Notes under the pieces: generated by a model
Database searches by the model: none
Told to the model about the DNA's origin: nothing
The model's input: only the letters and a program-made list of their open reading frames with translations
Position numbers and translations under genes: made by a program
Origin: Pseudomonadota bacterium
GTDB taxonomy: Bacteria > Myxococcota_A > Polyangia > JAAYKL01
NCBI GenBank assembly: GCA_023229365.1
Contig: JALNZK010000014.1
Span: forward strand, 6,970-70,969
Direction: 5' to 3'
DNA length: 64,000 bases
Shown: positions 52,301 through 60,423 of the stretch, one piece after another
How positions within the stretch are numbered: the first letter of the stretch is position 1
How the letters are laid out: every line of letters starts with the position of its first letter

Positions 52301-53295
52301 TAGCAGAAAAAGCAACTGGAGGAACATGGATAGAAGAGAAAAAAGACAAACAGGGCAATGTTATTACTCCTGGATATATGGAGGGAGGAAATAAAGAACT
52401 TGGTGCGGCATCTGGCATTGCAGGTGCCACAATAAATGATGTCACTGGTGGAGCAGTGACCGGTGGTGCAATAGGATCTGTGGTTCCAGTTGTTGGAACT
52501 GGCATTGGAGCACTTATAGGTGCAATTGCTGGCATAGTTAGTGGCGGGGTTCTTGATATTCAGGATATAAATAAACAGGTTTCGTCTGGCAAAACCAATA
52601 TTGAGGGCAATTATGGTGTAATTGGATCGGTTTCAAAGTATGCAACTAATTTATCCATGAATCCAACTGCCGCAAATGGTGAAGCAAACCCGATGTATTA
52701 TGATGCAACAAAGGCACAAAATATGCTGAGTGGAACGCTTGATTCCATAAAAACAAGTATATTGAGCGGGCTTGGAGATGCATCCGCCACACTTGGTACT
52801 ATATGGGGTTCAGTTTATAATATGGCAATATCAGGATTTGGAGATGCAGCATCGGTGCTTGGAGGACTGTGGACCTGGATATCAGATGCGGTTAAGTCGG
52901 CTATTGGTATTGGAGGCAGTGTAGTAAGTACGGTGTCAAATGCTGCAACTGGTATAGCAAGCGGTGTAACTGGAACTGCAAGTGGGATTGTAAAGGCAAT
53001 TACTGGTGCTGCTGATGGAGGACTGATAACTTCAACGGGATTGATTAATGCTCATGCTGGAGAAGTTATAGGTCCAATTGATAAAGTATCGAGTATTTTA
53101 TCTGGTGCATCAAGCAGCAGCAATACAAATTCTACATCGTCTGTTTCATCATCTGGTGGTAATAATATCTCAATAACAATTCCAATAACTATAGGAAGTG
53201 CATCATCGTCCACAGTTAATGATATCAAGAGCGAACTTGAATATTGGTTACCACGGCTGCTCAAACAGTATGACATAAAAGGAATTAGCTTATGA
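43303..53295 (+). CDS. giant tape measure protein (3330 aa) with an N-terminal DEDDy 3'-5' exonuclease domain
   Basis: Exo motifs FAVDTEV...TIQIAS, YHNRMFDMDFL and YGAGDALALYEV near the N-terminus. Hydrophobic, Gly/Ala-rich helices and the TMP-type motif VPSMLTPGEFVV in the C-terminal third. Position after the chaperones. Confidence 0.8.
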   Translation: MVDPKKNINDNVRVKILLDAAKKGDENLEHIRTRYKDAIKEYGADEDIILVNPKLVSDRKELNDMMQHVMLDKTFAVDTEVNPRAGKPGTIQIASRSGVHTIAVNAFRENEADMTYLRNKIGSLLNRDDVHSYYHNRMFDMDFLTRDGFNLALTNSGGEVTAHDTVALASRLGKANLLANPEMGNSLASFVLRSLGKYLPKKLSGSGFGFNYNVETSKTKDFDKWFLRYGAGDALALYEVVSKYYGEHNDLKNLKNIGASKDQIDFINKIDEIEHAKRSMFRPPPSVQDFMEGRNIIATRVKKGNDGKLYVESYLSPSDESQNAVMNYLSDNNILDIKKKHETGILEKAAAVGVKLKKGEIAEEVNLKAEREIASYLHTNHGIDIYKAVADALSGTAKTDVKSGINPIARMYAKGVAGRLGMFRSNRVYVSDAYRNKPGQGGSYAKYASAYSKDNKIGIGYIPEIRSGDFSIVKAFRQMYEASPEYLMKSVGHFVKGDINKGNVESATSDIFNRVKSLPTDINEVKNYFGALGISPDVIDANPEMWIRDYHRHGLVGTWLGLSNVAKGLTGKKSIERNVVGAIKQVGFDPTTGDPIYARKLQESKSEISESGLNSLLNGVYESFAGIKIAKHSVPGFTPGKSAAAFGSLLGSGRAVEIITKMGLPESVAAIPGKFRFRQQLMSSAVNYGAAYENMDERMQSVNAINTPEMNELYGETELLNKMPIRSRFKEGDVDESHRERLRSLGFEPEKIEELVANGGEILREALTSPVLYGKGNEWWKQSRIIVTDDVKQKFTDLWENIENYSPEVQNKIRSALAIGTKGPFRDANGLVQVGDLDTRMVGHNKNYELSTGFYQGTVGQEITSMLTDKQFRHEAFIENIPKMIPEIYASGDKGITPGGRSQYIKDSYDFFAQIGLLKSIPDKKVGIKAAKGIKNTILTEMSYRKAYGKNVLSDAEVLKMSRLFNLVMSKRVARDETIMRADLDKSLDYIGNIKNEVGYNPNVLHGSYRNYNEETGMSTIVPYQTLSTLPTMSEKEARKLEGSYINRVKELSEVIRPKELLQVEKFISGIEKGYAPNATESVNAASIYDTVKKLGLNEDDAYSLVNNATTEAYDIGQAFSPESKIPATLAVSRTLFPPLKKAIASVIPDVAPVISDTGVGRSHSPLLNAIFDISSETGGRTPLMSHPIGITDPDVLMSMLESGAITDKEYAKAVVLSAKPITDQKGTRWEKHIPRAFADISKVDFSSGFIRPPNVGDEYIQTRGSGPSRLYYSTFRGMMGETLSVMAENAARKKQDLRRLESERVLDKLAGSHSIQVDYLKGHKVATGANAVMEEGKVGNLVKTYETYNKVSDAIGERHSDIIKPGYVPKKTISRNRILGEYSPETANVRYNRDIGQIIGSVSDYAGMAKDVGGFKDSKEALKKAPGIISKFLNIWGPRKPDTWKSSDARLFAPGYYPENDVSDLVSIDFWMNKELERVWSGKTPFSLMPKGENEDIKGSDIFGLDFTRETTTESSKDFKRISRDVMEKSILQSIKESDNPVELINQMHRSIEGFNQWKKEGVEGTYPYIPDYLALSKSPGMSSGLGTSLFDWLTKGNTKELSAAFSENEKGYGTLSSMLEEVAEIQESGMLNGKRIGKDASDYDVVSHVINKYRTGETGEISLEYLDAVNLVSGYRPLRPEYGIQHVNPYYKGIPRKLSEYNPRDYGLGMKSGRSSVLTDLYSDVIDYSKGRSIGFRLPKFGKGTPNINGITLSGKAFGLSVVGDGGPEISISDDGTIRTHNTEEVVNFRSPTTVIPKNRLPHFAFGTPDFNRNDIIRSIAESIENSFEEYNALGSDLLSTKGVTRTTTPSEIQSIKSVVAEHMNSGLAKSGKHPERAGLFRTEGSGIISGIGRFMDFGNTDYTLSGPGNVRKDIGRHDIMGQDISGRIQRMSDVTNITDNRFIRNKNRGIADVYEDATIPGIQKVVTSLPQPGGVAQSGARLSATEINSLKDMLGDLNASMRDLGSDTDYGGFIKSLETSIGANRGIDVTKGVAEQFKLLSDQLRIIVPELKSFSDVAKIENIAKARKVSPEYQEEIMKKGYFKEGPISSIRYMMAKRRDPGLTPEEWNADRFEASFSESRDQRLARWLKKRALKGTEETETFAFQANYALESPAAKSEMTRVQSEFSAFVSELSKIDKNIKINTQTGTKFSPGEKSKQVESVFGEQLGMNVEVSKEALRLKFGKDYRKILQGMFGPSLIDQPGYISNANLDIVEGRRTTRPTEESSGYLSASSTLQGYGRKMTALSMGAMGTYFSITGIYSVISQGVRMVTDSLKDLSSQMKSIAIMDNFSNGLLRSKDIMATMGITQQDFINGWKGITSIQASFQVFLGSIAAKMMQVGEDGTSAFKTIADTLMKAFTDKRSIDELVSSVKTLVVAGAELLPMFIGFAKTLANLVAGIAKSPFAPLITGFTLIAFVMQPVLTLIAVTLEGFASLLTLMAFMGPAASTGALGMTQFAAGTTSAAGGVMVLNGALGTTLAMLSTVVVVVGAAVAAWQLLGMAINFASNKEVVPTPVGLIGGALGFNKGGLVECFAEGGEKGTDIVPSMLTPGEFVVRRDSAKKFGYDRLDKINKMADGGVVGGLMPSSSPVMDSDNRMNINNKFGLLTNVSEAGANANKNTAKTLSDASGGKYLNVKLYGEEGQIGGKGDVETEGGYLGNLMDTLGNAADEFAKGLSDTFTPSGLKNVVTTGAAGATLSTPFNELTKKVKEWWDKIEWPDVGKWIKERFKFLDDTDLGEKFREFKERLIELTTGKERTGRTENVDIDRNEKIKGRKTPGEESLESKTNKRVVDWFRGDKGLEGWEKVDTGTEKQPSRPKMTWSYENEYGNVEAEKPIYEPGRNALPNQIWEVTPEGGIGKGVETPESGFKTAKPPVGVSTTQEIIGGAKGGGILGGILAAVDEILVKGKSPVEAAPTVGVSAAAGAGLGAATAAFPILGLPVAMLSHEWMANFGANVAEKATGGTWIEEKKDKQGNVITPGYMEGGNKELGAASGIAGATINDVTGGAVTGGAIGSVVPVVGTGIGALIGAIAGIVSGGVLDIQDINKQVSSGKTNIEGNYGVIGSVSKYATNLSMNPTAANGEANPMYYDATKAQNMLSGTLDSIKTSILSGLGDASATLGTIWGSVYNMAISGFGDAASVLGGLWTWISDAVKSAIGIGGSVVSTVSNAATGIASGVTGTASGIVKAITGAADGGLITSTGLINAHAGEVIGPIDKVSSILSGASSSSNTNSTSSVSSSGGNNISITIPITIGSASSSTVNDIKSELEYWLPRLLKQYDIKGISL

Positions 53296-53798
53296 CCGAA
53301 CTTGCTGAATATGCTCCATTGCAGTTTGCAGAAAGCACATTGAATATAACTATGGAATATAATGGAGATCATGGAAGAAAGGGATATGCTCCCGGATCAA
53401 CTGGATTTACCCATAATATTTTTGCTAAAAAACACAATAACACCAGAGAACTCAACGTAGATTCTATTCCTGGTGGAGCAATACCAGTGTCTAATTATTA
53501 TGGGAAAAAAGTCCAGGTAGTAACACTAGAGGGATATTTTCCTTATAGATACCCAGATGATTTCTGGAATGTTTTTATGGCTGCATTGTCTCCATATCGG
53601 TATCTTTGCGTTCCTAAGAATATTTTTCTATGTGGTAGTGTAATTCAGGTTAGTAAAAATGTAACATTCCCAGATTTACCGGTTGGATCATACTGGTATA
53701 TAAAACGCTACACATATAAACGGGGTGTTGATATGCCAGAAGTAGCGGGATTTAACTTGGTTTTATGGAGGTGGTATAACCTTGACATCTTTGAGTAA
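53292..53798 (+). CDS. distal tail or baseplate protein
   Basis: ATGA overlap with the TMP stop. Synteny. Confidence 0.4.
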   Translation: MTELAEYAPLQFAESTLNITMEYNGDHGRKGYAPGSTGFTHNIFAKKHNNTRELNVDSIPGGAIPVSNYYGKKVQVVTLEGYFPYRYPDDFWNVFMAALSPYRYLCVPKNIFLCGSVIQVSKNVTFPDLPVGSYWYIKRYTYKRGVDMPEVAGFNLVLWRWYNLDIFE

Positions 53799-55578
53799 TA
53801 CATATGCATATTTCAATCTCATGAGATCAGAATATGGGAGCGATGGATCTCTTATATGGTCCACAATATATGAGCTCCCGCCGGCATCATTAAGCAGCAT
53901 AGAGATTGTTACAGACTCGTATGAGGAAAAAACAGAATATGGAGCAGAACCAGATATAGTTCCAATGGGAATTAATTCGTGTTCTGCCACAATGTCTGGT
54001 CAGTTTATGCGAAAAGTAGCATCTGGTAATAAACTAAATGCCTCGTATCCATTCCCGGCAGGCAATCTATCTCCCGTAATAGTAAGTTCAGATGATTTGT
54101 TTCCATTGTTTGTGGATATAAGCGGGAATACTCATGTGTTTGCGATCCAAAGAACTGCTACCGGAACTGGAGGGAGAGATCTTGGAAGCGGAATATGGAG
54201 AATAGATAAATTTGTTTTTGATAGAGATTCTAATAATGCCGGGATATTTAGGTTTAACATGGTGCTTGGGTATGTATGGACTAATCCGCTTGAGCAACAG
54301 ATATTTTATGGAAATACTGGGGTCAATAAGAAACAGACATGCAAATTCCAGGCTACAATAACTCCAAGTGATAATGACCAAGATGAATTAAATGCAGTTG
54401 AAATATTTAATACTAAGATTACTAAGTCGCTTTATGTAAAGAATACAGCTAAGTTCGATTACACTGTTAACATATTTAAAAATTCTTTTGTCTTGATTGG
54501 AAAGATGGGAGCAACCAGTGATTCAGAATCTAAAGTCTTTCTCGGAATAGTTACGGATTGCGAAAACAATAGGGATGGCACGTTTACTGTGTCGTGTAAA
54601 GAAGTTTGTGACCTGTTATACCGTGGTGTGTGTAGTCAAGGGGGACTGTTGGGTGCATTATTTCCAAAGGTTATAATTCCAAACCCTGATGCATATACCG
54701 CAACAGACTTGACTATAGATCAGATACTAAATAAGATTCTCCAATATTATAAGGCTAAAACCGGATATGAGAGATTTGTTCCCGGATATATAGGAAATGA
54801 TAGAACGCACGGACTCGGTGGATCTATTTATCTACCTGGTCATGATTCAGATACAGAATCTCCAATTAAAATCAGTACTCAGGTTATGTCATGTATGAGC
54901 GTAGGAACAGCAGTAACTAATTTTCTGTATCAGCAGTGCGGGTTTAATATATGGTATAACTATAATACAAATGGAACGATAGAATATGGATACATAAGAG
55001 ATAGAATAACCATCGACATTACAAAGGAGGTTATTGAAAAGAGTGAATTAATCTCAACAAATAACGAAGAAACTGTTCCGGATGGCGTTATGGTATGGGA
55101 TTCAGCAGGAGAATATAACGGAAGTTATGGGGATATAGACATAAATAAACATGTATTGGTTTATGTTATGACCGATAGTAAATTTGATGGGGCGTTAAAC
55201 GCAATTGCAGAAAGAATATTTAAATTGTATGATGGAATTGATTTGTCTAGTTATAGCGTGAGATTTCCGGCTGGAACTGTAAGGTTTAAAGAGGGAGACT
55301 ATTTTGATGGGCTAGGCGACGAAACAGTATCCGATAGAATTATGGAATACAGGGAAGGAACCGATGTAGATCCATTGGAAGATCCAACTGATGCAGTATG
55401 GCAAATTAAGGAACTCACTATAACTGAACAAAGTACCACGGTAACTGTTGGAAGCTCGTATGTATCGGTTCTCGACATATATAGAGGGGTACTTAATAAG
55501 AATAAAGATGGTATTCCGGCACCAGTTGAAAATAAGGTTCTTCAGTCAAAACCGATTGTGGTAGGAAGAGCAACATGA
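53782..55578 (+). CDS. tail tip or baseplate hub protein (598 aa)
   Basis: Synteny. Confidence 0.4.
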   Translation: MTSLSNTYAYFNLMRSEYGSDGSLIWSTIYELPPASLSSIEIVTDSYEEKTEYGAEPDIVPMGINSCSATMSGQFMRKVASGNKLNASYPFPAGNLSPVIVSSDDLFPLFVDISGNTHVFAIQRTATGTGGRDLGSGIWRIDKFVFDRDSNNAGIFRFNMVLGYVWTNPLEQQIFYGNTGVNKKQTCKFQATITPSDNDQDELNAVEIFNTKITKSLYVKNTAKFDYTVNIFKNSFVLIGKMGATSDSESKVFLGIVTDCENNRDGTFTVSCKEVCDLLYRGVCSQGGLLGALFPKVIIPNPDAYTATDLTIDQILNKILQYYKAKTGYERFVPGYIGNDRTHGLGGSIYLPGHDSDTESPIKISTQVMSCMSVGTAVTNFLYQQCGFNIWYNYNTNGTIEYGYIRDRITIDITKEVIEKSELISTNNEETVPDGVMVWDSAGEYNGSYGDIDINKHVLVYVMTDSKFDGALNAIAERIFKLYDGIDLSSYSVRFPAGTVRFKEGDYFDGLGDETVSDRIMEYREGTDVDPLEDPTDAVWQIKELTITEQSTTVTVGSSYVSVLDIYRGVLNKNKDGIPAPVENKVLQSKPIVVGRAT

Positions 55579-57317
55579 GTAATAATGAAGTGGTGTCACT
55601 GGATAAGTTTTTTATTGATCCGCTGTGTAATGGAACAATTACCATTTCTTCGAGTGTTGCAGAGGTTGTAGATACAGTTGATTATCCGGAGTCAAATAAT
55701 ACTGCTGCTGAGTGTAGTGCGTCATATGGAACCGCAATAACAATAACTCCCGGGGGATTGTTTGAGTTTGACTTTGATAGCACAACCACATCATATGGGG
55801 ATAATTTGGGCATTCTTAAATATATTCCAGCATTTTATTCATCCGGATCCATCGTGATTAATGCAATTGTCCAGGAATCTGATGATGAGGACGGAGCCGT
55901 TGATTTAACATTTGATGCTATGATGTATGTAGCGGATGCTGATAAACCAACCTGGTATCCATATAGCTTAGAGTTGGTTACAGATCCGGATGATGTCACT
56001 CTTGAACGAATGCCATACCCGATGGACGGAATGATAACATCACCAAACGATAATACCAAACATGACAGCATTGGCGAAAATACAAATCTCACACACACGT
56101 TTACCATTGGTTCCTGGGTTGGTATGAGACCAATGGTAGAGTCGTTTAATACAGATGGGATTAAAAGAGGACATCTACCTCCATTGTCGTTTAAAGTTAC
56201 GTGTAAGAATAACTTGGAGTCTTCTGTTACATTTTCAAGTCTTAAAGTCTCAATTTCATTTAATTATGCATCAGACGGAACCTTGATGAATCTGGGAAGT
56301 ACTGCGGTTGCTGATTTCTGTAAGTTGTATTGTGATCCTAAATTTATTAATAATGATGAGAAAACCGATCCATCGGACGGCGAAGATAGATATCTTTGGG
56401 CAATTGCAGATGGATATTCAAAAGGAGAAATTCTTCATGTATTTGGATACTATAGGCAGACTCAGAGTGACAGTACTACAAAGTTAAAATGCGTATATCT
56501 GAAGAAAGTAGCTGCAACAGAGGGAACAAACCACGCTGCATTTGTTTATAAATCTGACATAGCGGTTAATCCGGTGGATTTTTCTGATAACTATCGCATG
56601 GTGTTTAGGGGATTTTACTCCGATGAATATGCATATGTGGTAACTCCAAAAGTCATTTGTCAAAGTGATAAGTTTAAAGACATAAGCGTAACTTGTATGA
56701 AAGAAGTAATATCCGATGATGAGGAAGCAGACACGTCATACATTGAATGCTCTCCATCTGATGTCGATGCTATTTTCATGATTGTGGTTAAACTACGGGA
56801 TGATGATATAGATGAGATTGCAATCGTCGGAACAAGACTTGGGGTAACATCTGACGACTTTAATTCCGCTATCAAAACGATAAAGTTTTATGATGTTGAT
56901 ACCGCTTTTGTGCCATATACGGAAAATGAAGATGGAACGAATACTGCGATTCAAGTGTTGAGATCCGACATAAATAAAATATTTTATGATACGCTGGCAA
57001 AGAGCTTTGAAGAGGATGTAATTTTAGTTTCTAGTTTTAATGATGTAATTCCATATGTTGAACTCAAGATAAACTCATATGCCGATTATATATTCCCGTT
57101 ATATGACGGCAAGTCTATTACATTTAATGAGAGTTTATCCAGGTGTACTGATGGTGTAAGAAGTAGAGAGTTGTTTTATTTTACTAAGAAGACATCCGGT
57201 ATATTTAATACGATTACTTTGCAGGATTCAGATAAGCGATATACTGCTACGCTACAAATAACATATGGCAAGTACAAAGGTATGATTGTTCATAAAGATA
57301 GAGATATAACAACTTAG
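55575..57317 (+). CDS. tail or baseplate structural protein (580 aa)
   Basis: ATGA overlap. Synteny. Confidence 0.4.
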   Translation: MSNNEVVSLDKFFIDPLCNGTITISSSVAEVVDTVDYPESNNTAAECSASYGTAITITPGGLFEFDFDSTTTSYGDNLGILKYIPAFYSSGSIVINAIVQESDDEDGAVDLTFDAMMYVADADKPTWYPYSLELVTDPDDVTLERMPYPMDGMITSPNDNTKHDSIGENTNLTHTFTIGSWVGMRPMVESFNTDGIKRGHLPPLSFKVTCKNNLESSVTFSSLKVSISFNYASDGTLMNLGSTAVADFCKLYCDPKFINNDEKTDPSDGEDRYLWAIADGYSKGEILHVFGYYRQTQSDSTTKLKCVYLKKVAATEGTNHAAFVYKSDIAVNPVDFSDNYRMVFRGFYSDEYAYVVTPKVICQSDKFKDISVTCMKEVISDDEEADTSYIECSPSDVDAIFMIVVKLRDDDIDEIAIVGTRLGVTSDDFNSAIKTIKFYDVDTAFVPYTENEDGTNTAIQVLRSDINKIFYDTLAKSFEEDVILVSSFNDVIPYVELKINSYADYIFPLYDGKSITFNESLSRCTDGVRSRELFYFTKKTSGIFNTITLQDSDKRYTATLQITYGKYKGMIVHKDRDITT

Positions 57318-57326
57318 AGGGCTATT

Positions 57327-57887
57327 ATGATACATGATAAATTTAAGGTGATGGATCGGGTTGAGTTTAGAAAAATAAAGGTTGAAGAACTTCCAGAAAA
57401 TTATACTCAAGAAGATCTTATTAATGCCATAGACTATTCGGATGATGGGATAATTCAACAGACAATATGTCACCCTACTGTTTTCCAGAGAGTTCTTAAT
57501 AAACTTGGATTGTTTCATTATCTTAAGGACGCTCCAATGGACTATGAAATACAGAGAATTGCAACATCTGTATATACGACATACGGCTATATAAGCGTTG
57601 GAATAAGTAGTTCAAGCCCCACAGATTATACATTGAATAATTTGGTTTCATCTGTTCTTACAAGAGTTACAGCACTTAAGGGATATGAGACGCTGTATGT
57701 AACAAACGACACTGCAACATTCATTGGTGTGTTTACTCCAGATGGAACATATACTATTGTGGAGACTGGACTTCATACAGCTGCGACCAGCGGATATATG
57801 GGATACAGACAGACAAGTTGTTCAATTTCTACTACCGCAAGTATTCCATTTGCAATTTTCTGGAAGGTAACAATAGCAAGAGGTTAA
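57327..57887 (+). CDS. tail-associated protein
   Basis: ORF. Confidence 0.4.
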   Translation: MIHDKFKVMDRVEFRKIKVEELPENYTQEDLINAIDYSDDGIIQQTICHPTVFQRVLNKLGLFHYLKDAPMDYEIQRIATSVYTTYGYISVGISSSSPTDYTLNNLVSSVLTRVTALKGYETLYVTNDTATFIGVFTPDGTYTIVETGLHTAATSGYMGYRQTSCSISTTASIPFAIFWKVTIARG

Positions 57888-57889
57888 GA

Positions 57890-58210
57890 ATGTCAGACGA
57901 AGTAAGCATGGCATATGGGTTGCAGCAAGTGTCTGCTGGTGGAGTTCTTGGAATAAGACCAATTACATCTGGAGAAGAATGGGTGATACATAATATATAT
58001 ATTCCAGAGGGGGTTGTGTCGGTTATTGAAGTATATGTAAGTACTGATCCCACATATGTAAGTCTCCCAATTAAAATAAAGACGTTGATTGAAAGCCAGA
58101 CGGGTATGAACAATTTTCATGTTAATAATTCTCAATTTCTTGTAGCTAAAAATACCAGTGCGTCTGCTGTATATATTGCATTTGATGGAGTGGTGAGCAA
58201 ACAATCATGA
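57890..58210 (+). CDS. small tail-associated protein (start MSDEVSMAYG after AGAGGT)
   Basis: SD plus ATG immediately after the previous stop. Confidence 0.4.
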   Translation: MSDEVSMAYGLQQVSAGGVLGIRPITSGEEWVIHNIYIPEGVVSVIEVYVSTDPTYVSLPIKIKTLIESQTGMNNFHVNNSQFLVAKNTSASAVYIAFDGVVSKQS

Positions 58211-59163
58211 AACCAGATCAACAGATAATCATGCTTACTAATGCAGAATGGATTGCATTAGATCCGATTGTTCCAATTAATATTGTGGCGTGGAGTAGCG
58301 ACACCGGAGTTTTTAAAATTGGAAATGGGACTGATATCTGGAGTGATCTAGATTACAGTGCGGGAAAGTTGATTGGAAATAAATATGTGGAAAGTGATAG
58401 GGAACCAGTTGACCAGGAGGAATTAAGGTTTTGTTCAGCAGAGGACAAATGGATCTTCAAATTAAAGGGATGTTTTTTATCCGAAACTGAAATTACAACA
58501 ATTACGACTACTATTTATCCAAAGTTTTGTGTTATTGGAGAAGTTTCAGATTCAACCGGATATCCTACAGGAAGATATAAAATATGTGATGGAGTAAACA
58601 CCTTTGTTAATATCCCATGGATAGATTATACTGAGCAATATTTTGATACTGATGGTACTCTTACAGCAAATTCCGATGTATTGTTGGCTACTCAGAAAGC
58701 TACAAAGACATATGCAGATACCAAAATAAGTTTAAGTGATGTGGATACAGATGGAACTTTGGCGGCTAATTCTGATTCTAAAGTACCGTCACAGAAAGCT
58801 GTAAAGACGTATTCGGATACAAAGATCCCGTCAACCTATTTGGACACCGATGGGACATTATCAGCAAATTCCGATACTAAAATTGCATCTCAAAAAGCGA
58901 CCAAAACTTATGCCGATACTAGAATACCAAATTCTTATTTAGATACCGACGGAACCCTGGCTGCAAATTCAGATACCAAGATAGCAACGCAGAAATCTGT
59001 AAAAACTTACTCAGATACTAAAGTTCCACTCACTTATTTAGACACAGATGTTACTTTGGCTGTGAATTCTGATTCTAAAGTTGCAACACAAAAAGCTGTA
59101 AAAACTTATGCAGATGCAATTGCAGAACAATCAATTGCAATGGCAATAGTTTTTGGAGGATAA
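58207..59163 (+). CDS. tail fibre protein with five tandem 32-aa phage-tail-fibre repeats
   Basis: Repeats (Y)LDTDGTLAANSDTKIATQKAVKTYSDTKIP. Confidence 0.7.
   Translation: MKPDQQIIMLTNAEWIALDPIVPINIVAWSSDTGVFKIGNGTDIWSDLDYSAGKLIGNKYVESDREPVDQEELRFCSAEDKWIFKLKGCFLSETEITTITTTIYPKFCVIGEVSDSTGYPTGRYKICDGVNTFVNIPWIDYTEQYFDTDGTLTANSDVLLATQKATKTYADTKISLSDVDTDGTLAANSDSKVPSQKAVKTYSDTKIPSTYLDTDGTLSANSDTKIASQKATKTYADTRIPNSYLDTDGTLAANSDTKIATQKSVKTYSDTKVPLTYLDTDVTLAVNSDSKVATQKAVKTYADAIAEQSIAMAIVFGG
58640..59130 (+). repeat. about 96-bp tandem DNA repeat, 5 copies, encoding the fibre repeats
   Basis: Seen directly in the nucleotide and protein sequence. Confidence 0.8.
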
Positions 59164-59482
59164 AATGACAGATAAATTTACTTCGGCGTTTATAGAACTT
59201 ACAACCACAAATGAAACAGATATCTATCAGTCTACAGAAAGTAATCAGGTGATAGTAAACATCCGGATTACTAATGTAACAAATGGAGGAGTAACGGTAG
59301 AAATGTGGGTTACAGATGGATTAGATGTTCATTGCGGAAATCTTATCCCGCCGAATACGGTGATAGAAGCATACGGGGGGTTAGAAGACTCCTTTAAAAT
59401 AGCTCTGCCTTTAAATTATAAAATAAGGGCTACTGCTGATACCGCAGATGCAATATTTGTAACTACAACGGTGATGTTATGA
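59153..59482 (+). CDS. small tail fibre-associated protein
   Basis: ORF with ATGA overlap. Confidence 0.4.
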   Translation: MEDKMTDKFTSAFIELTTTNETDIYQSTESNQVIVNIRITNVTNGGVTVEMWVTDGLDVHCGNLIPPNTVIEAYGGLEDSFKIALPLNYKIRATADTADAIFVTTTVML

Positions 59483-60414
59483 AATTATTTAATCAAACTG
59501 TTGGCAACTCCAAGAATGTAATTGTCGATAATGCAACCTACATGAAGTTGGAATTTCGGGATTTTGGATATCAAGAAAACGTAGGAAAATATAAAGCCTG
59601 TATTGGAAATCCAAACTTTTCAGATGATTTAAGTGGGTGGGTTGCAACTGGAAGTGCCAATGTAACTGTGAATTCAACCACCAGGGAAGCGGATGAAAAC
59701 AATTTTGGTAGTTATGCATTAGAAGCCAATATCACTGTATCCGATTCAACAGATTCAACTTTAAAATTTACATATAATACGGCCCATAGACTATCATATC
59801 CTGTAACTGCTCAGACTGGAATCAAATTTGGATCATCGCCTCTTGGTACCTCGTATCTTACTATCGAGACAATATCTTACCATCTTGGTCAACGATGGGT
59901 TTATACGAGCGATATACTTACCGGGACGACATGGAAATATCCTAATTTAAAGAGTCCGTTTCTCGATGAAACATATGTTGGTGTAGATGAAAACGAAACG
60001 GTTATTTTAACCATATTAAACCTACCAACTGGTACATATACAATTAGAATTGCCGGAGTAATGCTATATGGTGTGGGCAAAACTTATTTTGAAATCCTCG
60101 ACGATGGATCAGATATATCCGGAATTAATCTAACCAGTGGTGAAGATGTTCCTGTAAAACTCTATATCGATTCATCTATAGTTGCAAAGATATCAGATGT
60201 CACATATGATAATCTAAACGCAAATGGAGATGTGGGAACCGGGTCTGATCAGGTAGCGGTTGGAAACCATACGCATCCACTGGTGACTTGGGGTGGAGCA
60301 TTATCTGCTGATCCGGCATCACCGGCTGATGGCACCATGTACTGGAATACAACTACTCCGGCAATGAGATTTTACGTGAATTCTTCTGTTGGATGGAAAA
60401 CCATTACAACATAA
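59479..60414 (+). CDS. tail fibre or receptor-binding protein with a C-terminal HTHP/WNTTT...FYV motif
   Basis: C-terminus VAVGNHTHPLV...GTMYWNTTTPAMRFYVNSSVGWKTI resembles phage fibre C-terminal domains. Confidence 0.45.
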   Translation: MKLFNQTVGNSKNVIVDNATYMKLEFRDFGYQENVGKYKACIGNPNFSDDLSGWVATGSANVTVNSTTREADENNFGSYALEANITVSDSTDSTLKFTYNTAHRLSYPVTAQTGIKFGSSPLGTSYLTIETISYHLGQRWVYTSDILTGTTWKYPNLKSPFLDETYVGVDENETVILTILNLPTGTYTIRIAGVMLYGVGKTYFEILDDGSDISGINLTSGEDVPVKLYIDSSIVAKISDVTYDNLNANGDVGTGSDQVAVGNHTHPLVTWGGALSADPASPADGTMYWNTTTPAMRFYVNSSVGWKTITT

Positions 60415-60423
60415 CTTATTTTT

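Noticed and set aside
43303-53295. Numerous minus-strand ORFs inside the TMP gene (for example 50271..51728 at 485 aa, 48489..48854, 44457..44834)
   Set aside because: They are antisense to a continuous 10-kb coding frame with clear protein motifs. Their translations are low-complexity Ser/Pro/Leu-rich mirror reads.
57818-57889. N-terminal 24 residues of track ORF 57818..58210
   Set aside because: They overlap the preceding gene in another frame. An SD plus ATG at 57890 immediately after the upstream stop is the more plausible start.
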